Positions 17,407 through 25,306 of a DNA stretch of 43,314 nucleotides are shown here, one piece after another. The notes below the pieces were generated by a model, which was not told the origin of the DNA, made no database searches, and worked only from the letters and a program-made list of their open reading frames with translations. The position numbers and the translations under genes were made by a program. Every line of letters begins with the position of its first letter. The stretch's first letter is position 1. The stretch is from an uncultured bacterium. Its GTDB lineage: Bacteria > Cyanobacteriota > Cyanobacteriia > Thermostichales > Thermostichaceae. The stretch covers positions 17,072-60,385 of the forward strand of contig CAYSEO010000002.1 in the NCBI GenBank assembly GCA_964429885.1, in the 5' to 3' direction.

Positions 17407-18159
17407 ATGCCCAACGCCACCGCCCGCTCCATCCTGCCCCAAGCCCTCTATCCCTGGATCCATCACGGGGCCAAGCGTCTGTTTCCAGATTGCCTTTGGG
17501 AGCTTCCCGATCCAGTTCAAACCCAGATCGCCCTCACCTTTGATGATGGCCCTCACCCGGAGTACACCCCGGCCTTGCTCCAGGTGCTGGAGGGTTGGGG
17601 GATCCAGGCCAGCTTCTTTCTACTGGGACACCGAGTGGAACGATGGCCCCAGATCACCGCTCAGATCCGGGCCGCCGGTCACCATCTGGGCCTACATGGA
17701 TATCAACACCGCTCCTTCCCCACCTTATCGACAGAGGAACTGCAGCGATCTCTCCTCCAGACCCAAACCCTGATCGCCTCCGCCTGTCAGGAGAGCCCTG
17801 ATCAGTATCGGGATGTACGTCCCCCCAATGGCCTGTTTCTGCCCCAAACCCTCAGCCAACTCCGCCGTTGGGGCTATCGGCCTGTGATGTGGAGTATCGT
17901 GCCTGAGGACTGGATCCTGCCCCCCGTGGAGCTGGTGATCGAGCGGGTCTGCCGTCGGGTTTATCCTGGGGCGCTGATTGTGCTCCATGACGGAATGTAT
18001 GGGGGATCCCAGGTGGTGCAGACTGTGGAGCAGTTGATCCCGCGTTTACAGGACCAGGGATATCGTTTTCTCACCCTTGGGGACCCGAGAACTGGGGCGC
18101 CCGCGCCAGATCCAGGGCCTCAGAATCCGCTGTCAACCGTTCCAGATCCCAGATCTTGA
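17407..18159 (+). CDS. polysaccharide deacetylase (NodB homology domain)
   Basis: ALTFDDGPHPEYTP, FFLLG and LGLHGYQHRSF motifs. ATG at 17407; the ORF track starts at TTG 17377. The 3-prime tail overlaps the convergent WD40 gene. Confidence 0.85.
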   Translation: MPNATARSILPQALYPWIHHGAKRLFPDCLWELPDPVQTQIALTFDDGPHPEYTPALLQVLEGWGIQASFFLLGHRVERWPQITAQIRAAGHHLGLHGYQHRSFPTLSTEELQRSLLQTQTLIASACQESPDQYRDVRPPNGLFLPQTLSQLRRWGYRPVMWSIVPEDWILPPVELVIERVCRRVYPGALIVLHDGMYGGSQVVQTVEQLIPRLQDQGYRFLTLGDPRTGAPAPDPGPQNPLSTVPDPRS

Positions 18160-19237
18160 GGGTGCCATCGGAGCTACCTGTGATGATCGAGCGACCATCC
18201 GGGGTGATCAAGACGGTGCGCACATCCCGCTCATGTTCCGTCAGGGTATGGAGCAACAATCCCGTCCTCAGATCCCACAGCTTGATGGTGTTGTCGGCGC
18301 TGCCACTCACCAGATAGCGACCCTCAGGGCTAAAGGCCACAGCCCGGATCCAGGAGTCATGACCCATCAGGGTACGCATCAAGGCTCCCGTCTCCAGATC
18401 CCAGAGCTTGATCGTTCGATCAGAACTGCCACTCACCAGGATCTTGCCATCGGGACTCAGGGCCAGTGCCCGCACCCAGCTTTGATGCCCCGAGATCCGA
18501 GCGATCGGTTGCTGCGATCCCAGATCCCAGACCCGAATGCTAGCGTCCACAGGCTCGCTGTGATCCTCTGGTTGTTTCAGCCAGGATCCACTAAAAAAAG
18601 TCCAACCATCAGTGCTCAACACCAGCGAACGCACCCCCGCCTCCAGATCCGCCAGGGTGCCCGTCAGCTCGCCCGTCTCCAGATCCCAGAGCTTAATGCT
18701 GCGATCGGAGCTGCCACTGATCAGCCGCTGCCCGTCTGGGGTGATGGTCAGAGCAAAGATGTTACCGGAGTGATCCGTTAGGGTATACCGCAGTCGTTGC
18801 CGATCCAGATCCCAGACCTTGACCGTATCATCAGCGCTACCGCTTACCAGAGTCCGACCGTCAGGGCTGAGAGCTAGGGTATAGACCCGACCGCTATGAC
18901 CCTCCAGGGTATTCAACAGTTGCCCACTCTCCAGATCCCAGATCTTGAGGGTGTGATCGGCACTGGCACTGATCAAACGTTGTTGGTCAGGGGTGATCAC
19001 GATGGATTCCACCCGATCTTGATGTCCCGTCAGGGTGTGGAGCGCCTGGGTGGGATCGGTGGGTTGGTTTTGAGAGAGGTGTTGTTGTCGGAGAGCACAG
19101 ATCAGGCTGAAGGGCGTAACGCCGAACACGAGGATCCCGAGGGAGAGGGCGATGGGGGCCCAAATGTGAGTCAGGGGTCTGAGTCGAAGAGAGGTGGGAG
19201 GCTCCGTCAGAGCCTGAGGCAGTCTAGGTGAGGTCAT
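18071..19237 (-). CDS. WD40-repeat protein with N-terminal transmembrane anchor
   Basis: Seven or more repeats of the H..V.....SPDG..L.SGS.D.TIK(L/I/V)WDL pattern. Hydrophobic IWAPIALSLGILVFGVTPFSLICAL near the N-terminus. Confidence 0.9.
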   Translation of the reverse strand: MTSPRLPQALTEPPTSLRLRPLTHIWAPIALSLGILVFGVTPFSLICALRQQHLSQNQPTDPTQALHTLTGHQDRVESIVITPDQQRLISASADHTLKIWDLESGQLLNTLEGHSGRVYTLALSPDGRTLVSGSADDTVKVWDLDRQRLRYTLTDHSGNIFALTITPDGQRLISGSSDRSIKLWDLETGELTGTLADLEAGVRSLVLSTDGWTFFSGSWLKQPEDHSEPVDASIRVWDLGSQQPIARISGHQSWVRALALSPDGKILVSGSSDRTIKLWDLETGALMRTLMGHDSWIRAVAFSPEGRYLVSGSADNTIKLWDLRTGLLLHTLTEHERDVRTVLITPDGRSIITGSSDGTLKIWDLERLTADSEALDLARAPQFSGPQG

Positions 19238-19440
19238 GGGTGAGGCAGAGCGGAGTGATCATCTTTGAGCATAACGTGCCCACTTCTCCAGGGAATCTGC
19301 ATTTCTACGGGGATCCGAACATTGACAAAAGCGCCATTTTAGGGAAGCGGAGGACGAAAGCTAACCTCAAAATGACGCTGATGATTGAGAAAGGATCCAA
19401 AATGTGGCTCGCGAGCTCTGACGATCTCAGTGCAACCTCC

Positions 19441-19470
19441 GTGCGATCACGTGCGATCACGTGCGATCAT
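19441..19470. repeat. tandem decamer (GTGCGATCAC) x3
   Basis: gtgcgatcac gtgcgatcac gtgcgatcat read directly. It abuts repeat-element copy A, inside the predicted leader of the WD40 gene. Confidence 0.9.
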
Positions 19471-19471
19471 C

Positions 19472-19537
19472 AGTAGATCAGCAAAAACGTTTATACAGGC
19501 TATATCGTGCATGTCAAAGCAGTCTTGCTGATCTACT
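19472..19537 (-). repeat. dispersed 66-bp element, copy A (inverted ends, internal sigma70-like promoter facing the WD40 gene)
   Basis: The ends AGTAGATCAGCAA / TTGCTGATCTACT are a 13-bp inverted repeat. On the minus strand, TTGACA (19512..19517) and TATAAA (19490..19495) are separated by 16 nt. By eye roughly 80 percent identical to the copies at 29065 and 36212. Confidence 0.8.
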
Positions 19538-19612
19538 TAAACAGGAACAGGGAACAAACGGTGTCGAGGGTGGAGGTTCGGATCCGTGATGGGGAGTGTT
19601 CAGGCTGATCTA

Positions 19613-20023
19613 CTATTCAGACGCTTCAGGCTCCTCTACGGTCGTCACCCGATTCACCTGACCCTCCTCAACGGTGGTGGTGGTGGTGACCGATCCGCTC
19701 CGAGGACCCGAGGAGGTCTTGACGTAGGCGTCATCCTCAACGGTGCGGGTGGTAGAGGCAGAATTGCCCTGAGGACCTGAGTAGGTCTTGACGTAAGCGT
19801 CATCCTCAACGGTGCGAGTGGTGGAGGCAGAATTGCCCTCAGATCCGGTGGTGGTCCGGGTGAATGTCCCGTTCCCCGCCGATCGGGTGGTGGTAGCAGA
19901 GTTACCATTGGGTCCCGTGCGCACCACATCCGCAGACACTCGAGGAACACTGAGAGCACCCAATACCACCAGCGTGGTCAAGGCAGACAGTGCGTTCAAT
20001 GATCTCATCATGACCTCCTTCAA
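19613..20023 (-). CDS. secreted repeat protein (136 aa)
   Basis: Signal-peptide-like N-terminus (LNALSALTTLVVLGALSVPRVSA). 23-aa module GNSASTTRTVEDDAYVKT(Y/S)SGP(Q/R) repeated. Confidence 0.65.
   Translation of the reverse strand: MKEVMMRSLNALSALTTLVVLGALSVPRVSADVVRTGPNGNSATTTRSAGNGTFTRTTTGSEGNSASTTRTVEDDAYVKTYSGPQGNSASTTRTVEDDAYVKTSSGPRSGSVTTTTTVEEGQVNRVTTVEEPEASE
19715..19852. repeat. 69-bp tandem duplication inside the secreted-protein CDS
   Basis: Units start at 19715 and 19784 (ggtcttgacgta[g/a]gcgtcatcctcaacggtgcg...gaattgccct) and encode the 23-aa protein repeat. Confidence 0.85.
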
Positions 20024-20195
20024 GGCATGTCAGGTTTCCACAATCAGAATAGGATTTTGCCTGGGTGAGAACATCGAGCTGAGGTCATCGATAGCTCTCT
20101 AACCAAAGCCTTGATTGAGAATGACGAAAGTCATATTCAGGTGATCCTGCTCAGTTTGGCAGTTGATAACCTTGAGATCTGAAATAATATCTTCC

Positions 20196-20240
20196 AACAG
20201 ACCATCAGATCTCTTGCTTGAAGAGATCTGATGGTCTGTT
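20196..20240 (-). terminator. perfect 20-bp stem / 5-nt loop hairpin downstream of the methyltransferase operon
   Basis: AACAGACCATCAGATCTCTT-gcttg-AAGAGATCTGATGGTCTGTT, 17 nt after the stop at 20257. There is no clear U-tract, so an intrinsic-terminator call is tentative. Confidence 0.5.
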
Positions 20241-20256
20241 CATGTCAGCCGAAAAG

Positions 20257-21096
20257 TCAGCTGGACTTGCGGAAGTGGAAGATGCACCAGGATAGGTAGC
20301 CGTTCTTGCCCCCCTCGATCCAGTGACCCAGCCCAGTCTTCATCCGATCGATGTAGGCTTGACTGACCACAGACTTAACCTCTGACTCTCGCCGTTGAGT
20401 TTCCTGCAACACACGCGAGTAGTGATTCACCAGTTGCTGGGTGTGATCCTCACAGGTCACCTCCTCACAGCCCAACTGCCGTAAGGACTCTCGGTAGAAA
20501 CTGGGGGATCCCAGGGTCTCCAGATGGATCCGATCCAGGATCGGCTGCAGCACCCCCTCGGGACAATCATCCGCCTGCATGGGATCGGTGAACACAAAGC
20601 TGCCTCCCGGCTTTAGCACGCGGGCCACCTCCCGCAATACCTGGGGCCGATCCCCACTGTGGAGAATGGCATCCTGAGACCAGACCACATCAAATTGATC
20701 TGCCTCCGCCGGGATCTGCTCAAAGCTGCCATCGACCACCTGGATCCGGGAGGCCAGACCCTGCTCCTGGTTCATCTGTCGATCCCGGTCGTTCTCCACC
20801 TCGCTCAGGTTGAGAGCCATCACGCGACAGCCATAGGTCTTGGCCAGATAGCGAGCGGCACCGCCATAGCCCGCCCCGATATCCAACACCTGAGACTGGG
20901 CCGAGAGATCCAGTAATGAGGCCAACCGCTCCACCGTTCGTCGGCTAGCAGTGCGGATCTCCTCCGTCTCTGACTGGTAGAGACCGATGTGGATATCCTC
21001 CCCGCCCCAAATGGTGAAGTAGAAGGTATCCGCGTCGTGGCTGTTGTAATAGTCCCGCGCCACACTGACGGGTTGAGAGTAGTTTGTCGCCGTCAT
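20257..21096 (-). CDS. sarcosine/dimethylglycine N-methyltransferase (glycine betaine synthesis, second enzyme)
   Basis: SAM motif I VLDIGAGYGGAARYLA. N-terminus VARDYYNSHDADTFYFTIWGGEDIHIGLY resembles the dimethylglycine methyltransferases of halophilic cyanobacteria. It sits immediately downstream (8-nt gap) of the GSMT-like gene. Confidence 0.75.
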   Translation of the reverse strand: MTATNYSQPVSVARDYYNSHDADTFYFTIWGGEDIHIGLYQSETEEIRTASRRTVERLASLLDLSAQSQVLDIGAGYGGAARYLAKTYGCRVMALNLSEVENDRDRQMNQEQGLASRIQVVDGSFEQIPAEADQFDVVWSQDAILHSGDRPQVLREVARVLKPGGSFVFTDPMQADDCPEGVLQPILDRIHLETLGSPSFYRESLRQLGCEEVTCEDHTQQLVNHYSRVLQETQRRESEVKSVVSQAYIDRMKTGLGHWIEGGKNGYLSWCIFHFRKSS

Positions 21097-21104
21097 CTCG
21101 ATCC

Positions 21105-21932
21105 TTAGTTCACCAACTCGACATCTTCTTCGTAGTGCTTCTCCGCCACATGAATGAAGAAGTCCGGGGTCTCCTCCCGATAGGTCTCCTGGAAATCCCC
21201 ATAGGTTTCGATCTTCTGGAAGCCCACCTCATGCAACAGCCGCCGGGTGTACTCCTGGCGTAGAGGAAACATGTTGAGGTGGAACACCGACTGGTCCGGG
21301 AAAGCATAGCGGAAGCGGGCCAGACCGTCATCCATATACTCCGGCGCCACCTGCACATCCTCACCACAGTAGTAGTAGATATGCTTGCTGGAATAACCAT
21401 GATCCAGGATGGCGTCATAGTTGCGCTGATCTAGGATCAACAGACCATCGTGACGCAGGGCCGCGTAGAACTCCGCCAACGCCTTGCGCCGATCCTTCTC
21501 CGCAAACAGATGGGTGAAGGAGTTGCCCAGACAGATCACGGCATCGAACTCCCCATGCACATCCCGGTTCAGCCAGCGCCAGTCCGCATGGATCGTGCGC
21601 ATGATGTGACCATAGTGACGGGCATTGGCAAACGCCTTGGTCAACATCTCAGGGGATCCGTCAGCACTGACCACATCAAACCCCGCATTCAGCAGCCGCA
21701 CCGAATGAAATCCCGTCCCCGTGGCCACATCCAGGATCCGTTTCACCCCACGCTGTTTGAGCAGATCGATGAAGAAATCCCCCTCGCTCTCAGCCCGCAG
21801 ATCCCAGTTGATCAAGCGGTCCCACTTCTCCACAAAGGACTGCACGTACTCCAACTGGTAGTGGTCGGTATCCCGTACAGCGACCGGGTTGGTCCCAAAG
21901 TGTTGTTGAGTTCTATGGGTAGCAATTGACAT
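21105..21932 (-). CDS. glycine/sarcosine N-methyltransferase (glycine betaine synthesis, first enzyme)
   Basis: SAM motif ILDVATGTGFHSVRLL. Also VRDTDHYQLEYVQSFVEKWDRLINWDLRAESEGDFF, LGNSFTHLF, LILDQRNYD and YYYCGEDV, which look GNMT/GSMT-like. Confidence 0.75.
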   Translation of the reverse strand: MSIATHRTQQHFGTNPVAVRDTDHYQLEYVQSFVEKWDRLINWDLRAESEGDFFIDLLKQRGVKRILDVATGTGFHSVRLLNAGFDVVSADGSPEMLTKAFANARHYGHIMRTIHADWRWLNRDVHGEFDAVICLGNSFTHLFAEKDRRKALAEFYAALRHDGLLILDQRNYDAILDHGYSSKHIYYYCGEDVQVAPEYMDDGLARFRYAFPDQSVFHLNMFPLRQEYTRRLLHEVGFQKIETYGDFQETYREETPDFFIHVAEKHYEEDVELVN

Positions 21933-22698
21933 CTATTGATCCCTCACTAACGGTTTGCATCAGATCAGCAGCAGCCTTAGCCAGCCCGTGATCTTGATCT
22001 AGCGATCTGGAGCTTGCCCCTCAGTCCAGAACCCTGACTCTGCTCCCCGTATGGTGTTCCAGCACCCTCATCCTGCCACCTGAAACACCTCAGAGGTATC
22101 AACCGGATGATCGATCCCAGATCACGTTGAGCTCTATGAAATATCAAAGCCCAGATGGTTTCAAGACCGGATTGATCTTGAATAGTATACAGATCCACAG
22201 GATGACCTCCTGGCGCGGATCCCTGGTGTCACAAACAGAGGAGTTGAGGTATAGCGCTGCCCTAAACCTGCGAATAGGCAAACATATCGTGGCAGCAGAG
22301 CATTCTAGACTGAGTGATAAACATAGCCCTAGACCGGAGTTTAGACTACAACTTGAGATCCGGGCGGACAGTGAATGGACCCAAGATCACAAGCAATCCA
22401 TAAGATGTACAGTAAGAACATACCAGAAAGTTGTTGCGCCATCAACCTCCCTGAATCCAAAACTCCGGAGGATCCCGGTTTTCATTCGAGAATCGAGAAA
22501 AACCTACAATTAGACGTAGCCTGAACCCTGTGATCCCACCTATGCCTAGAATCGTCGTGGAGTTTAATGCGCGTTTAAGGTTGAATCTCAGATTCTATGC
22601 AGACTTCGCATCTACCTCAAGACAGAAGTTCAGGTTATGGAATCGGATCTTTTGCTCCATGCGGAGCCCAAAGATTCAGACCTGAGAGGGAGATCCGG

Positions 22699-22986
22699 TT
22701 AGCTGACATGCTTGAGGATCGCGTTGAGGTAGGCTTGTTCCAGGGTATGGCCCCAAGCGAACTGAGAGATGGAGCGGTGTTCTGGCAGGTAGGCCCAGCA
22801 GGGACCCTCGTGGGTGAAGAAATGACGCACCTCCCACCAGGATTCTCCCGGAGACACATCCTTAACCGCTCGCAGAAACCGACCCCGATGGCGGGCGATC
22901 CGTTCCTCCACGAAATAGGGTCCACAGAGGCTAAGTTCCTCGATGGCTGCAACGAACTCCGAGCGGGCTTTAGGATAGCGGGCCAT
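22699..22986 (-). CDS. hypothetical protein (95 aa)
   Basis: ATG at 22986 preceded by AGGAGA at suitable spacing. No recognised motif. It sits in an otherwise gene-poor 1.27-kb interval. Confidence 0.4.
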   Translation of the reverse strand: MARYPKARSEFVAAIEELSLCGPYFVEERIARHRGRFLRAVKDVSPGESWWEVRHFFTHEGPCWAYLPEHRSISQFAWGHTLEQAYLNAILKHVS

Positions 22987-23257
22987 TGGGCTGTTCTCCT
23001 CTCGATAGGTACAACAGGTCCCAGCCGGGAACCGACTCTCGACCATGGATGAATTGCTCGCCATTATAGGATCTGAGATCCTGAGTCGATCCCCCTAGGC
23101 AGCCCCAGTCACAGAGAGAGATCGACAGATCCCCCATGGGATCAGGCTCAGGGGCTAAGATCCTGGGAGTCTGTAGAGATCCTGTAGTTTTCGTCGAGTT
23201 GTCATGGACCCCTCTCAGTAACTGGACCACAGCGCCACTACCCCCCCTCGGCCTGAC

Positions 23258-24361
23258 GTGATGGCGGCGATGCAGACCGCTATGGCGGAGGCTTGGGGTA
23301 ACCCGTCCAGTTTGCATGCTTGGGGGGAGCGGGCGGCCCTGGCCATGGAGCGAGCTCGGCTGCAGGTGGCGGAGTTGATCGGGGCGGATCTGGATCAGAT
23401 CGTGTTCACCTCGGGGGGCACGGAGGCCAATAATCTGGCCCTATTTGGGTTGGCGGAGCTGGCCCCACAGCCTGGGCATCTGGTGATCTCCAGTGTCGAG
23501 CATTCCTCGGTGGAGAAGGTGGCGCTACGTCTGGCGACCCGAGGGTGGCGGATCACGCGGGTGCCGGTGACCTCTGAGGGGCTGGTTACGGTGGAGGCTC
23601 TGGAGGCAGCTCTACAACCGGATACCCTGGCGGTCTCGATCCTGCATGGCCAGAACGAGGTGGGGGTGGTGCAGCCGATCCAGGAGCTGGCTCAGGTGTG
23701 CCGTAGCCGGGGGGTGATCTTTCACTGTGATTGTGTGCAGACGGCGGGGCGGTTGCCCTTGGCCGTGACGGACCTGCAGGTGGATCTGATGTCGATCTCC
23801 TCCCATAAGCTGTATGGTCCTCAGGGAGTGGGGGCGCTCTACATCCGGCCTGGATTGGATCTGGCCGCTGTGGTGCAGGGGGGTGGACAGGAACGGGGGT
23901 TACGATCTGGGACCCAGGCGGTACCGGCCATTGTCGGTTTTGGTGTAGCGGCGGAATGGGCACAACGGGAGATGGCCACCGAGATCCCGCGTCTTCGATC
24001 TTTGCAGGGGTATCTTCATCAACGTCTAGCGGATCTGCCCTCCCTGCAACTGATCGGTCCTCAGGATCTGGCCCAACGTCTGCCCCATCACCTCAGCTAC
24101 TGTGTCGAGTCCACCACTGGCACAGCCTTGGTGCAGCAGATGAGTCAAGTCGGGATCGCCATCAGTGCCGGATCTGCCTGCAAGCGTGGCAAACTGGCCC
24201 CCAGTCCTGCTTTAGTGGCCATGGGGATCCCGCCAGAGCTCACCCTGGGAGCGATCCGGATCAGCTTGGGCAAGGCCACGACTCAGGGGGCTTTAGACTA
24301 CACGGCGACGACATTGCGATCTTTAGTCACCACAGCCTCAATGGCGGGTCTGGCTTCTTGA
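23258..24361 (+). CDS. cysteine desulfurase (NifS/IscS family, class V aminotransferase)
   Basis: GNPSSLHAWG, PLP-Lys motif SISSHKLYGPQGVGALY and active-site Cys loop SAGSACKRG. The conserved N-terminal LDHSATTPPRPDV continues in frame upstream to ATG 23204 but is cut by TAA at 23219..23221. Confidence 0.9.
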   Translation: MMAAMQTAMAEAWGNPSSLHAWGERAALAMERARLQVAELIGADLDQIVFTSGGTEANNLALFGLAELAPQPGHLVISSVEHSSVEKVALRLATRGWRITRVPVTSEGLVTVEALEAALQPDTLAVSILHGQNEVGVVQPIQELAQVCRSRGVIFHCDCVQTAGRLPLAVTDLQVDLMSISSHKLYGPQGVGALYIRPGLDLAAVVQGGGQERGLRSGTQAVPAIVGFGVAAEWAQREMATEIPRLRSLQGYLHQRLADLPSLQLIGPQDLAQRLPHHLSYCVESTTGTALVQQMSQVGIAISAGSACKRGKLAPSPALVAMGIPPELTLGAIRISLGKATTQGALDYTATTLRSLVTTASMAGLAS

Positions 24362-24465
24362 ATCGGATCACTGATCTGCTTAGACCCCAAAACTCCTTCT
24401 TGGGTAGACCGCTCGATCTGGGATCCAGAGGTTAGAGTGGTAGCGAGTATGCGGTCTTGGTCATT

Positions 24466-25080
24466 ATGACGGAGAATAGCCCCTACCAAGTGCTGGGTGT
24501 CAGTGAGGATGCCTCCTTCGAGGAGATCCAGGCAGCAAGAGAAAGCCTGCTCAGGCGGATGACTCCCCATAGTGAGGAGGAGCAGGAGCGGGTGGAACAA
24601 GCCTATGACATGATCCTGATGCAACGGCTCAAGTTGCGTAAGGAAGGAAAGATCGCGGTACCTGATCGGATCCGGTATGCGGAGCGGGCTTTAGAGGCGG
24701 AGGCGGAGGTCCCTACACCAGCTCATACTCATAAGATCGTATTGCCTGATTGGGCAGGGCGCTTACTGGATACCCCCGATCGCTCCGATATCTTTTTGCC
24801 AGGGGTGATCTTCGCTGTTCTCTGTCTGGGGGTCCTGACGGTCTCGGGGGAAACGTTCACGGTGATCCTATCCTTGGGACTGCTGAATAGTTTGTATTTC
24901 CTCTATCGCAAGGAGCGTCGATTCTTCCGTGCTCTGCTGATGGCTTTAGGGGGGCTGATCGGCGGGTGGTTGATCTCCACTGGGATCCTGAGTGTGGTGG
25001 CGGGTCAGAGCCTCAGTGCTCTGTGGGCTGTGGGGCTCACCTTCGTGGTGATGTGGTTGGTGACGGCCTTTCTTCGCTGA
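24466..25080 (+). CDS. J-like-domain membrane protein (resembles plant CPP1/CDF1-type chaperone-like proteins)
   Basis: N-terminal SPYQVLGVSEDASFEEIQAARESLL (J-domain helix I/II-like) plus C-terminal hydrophobic helices. ATG at 24466. Confidence 0.7.
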   Translation: MTENSPYQVLGVSEDASFEEIQAARESLLRRMTPHSEEEQERVEQAYDMILMQRLKLRKEGKIAVPDRIRYAERALEAEAEVPTPAHTHKIVLPDWAGRLLDTPDRSDIFLPGVIFAVLCLGVLTVSGETFTVILSLGLLNSLYFLYRKERRFFRALLMALGGLIGGWLISTGILSVVAGQSLSALWAVGLTFVVMWLVTAFLR

Positions 25081-25097
25081 GATCGAGATCGGCTGAA

Positions 25098-25124
25098 GCC
25101 CTCCTGGGAGGGGTTGGGGTGGGT
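25098..25124. repeat. GC-rich hairpin-containing short repeat (copy 1)
   Basis: GCCCTCCTGGGAGGGGTTGGGGTGGGT, 18 nt after the stop of the upstream gene. A near-identical copy is at 31499..31526. CCCTCC/GGAGGG can form a stem. Confidence 0.6.
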
Positions 25125-25306
25125 TAACCCTAGGGGAATCGCAGTGATCCGCATACACGAGAGGAGCCAGACCTGTAGATCGAGCTATTGCCGAGGAGCG
25201 CTCCAGGACTGTATTGTTGATAACCATATTATCCACTCTGGGATGAGGCGTGATCTGGCTACCACTCACCTCAGGGGGATCTGCCCGCTAGCCCCTCTGG
25301 AAACCT

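Noticed and set aside
19441-19470. Tandem decamers considered as a CRISPR array or CRISPR remnant
   Set aside because: The repeats are 10 bp, directly abutting with no spacers, and no cas genes are nearby.
19228-19476. 82-aa plus-strand ORF between the WD40 gene and repeat element A
   Set aside because: It overlaps the WD40 start and its predicted leader. It ends by translating the tandem decamer repeat. It has no SD and no motif, so the region is more plausibly 5-prime UTR on the opposite strand.
21933-22130. Possible glycine riboswitch upstream of the glycine N-methyltransferase gene, based on a GAGGGGCAAGC-like string on the minus strand
   Set aside because: The conserved GGAGAG / CACCGAAGGGGCAA / CUCAGGCAAAAGGAC architecture is not present. 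Only a partial resemblance to one segment remains. A covariance-model scan would be needed to revisit this.
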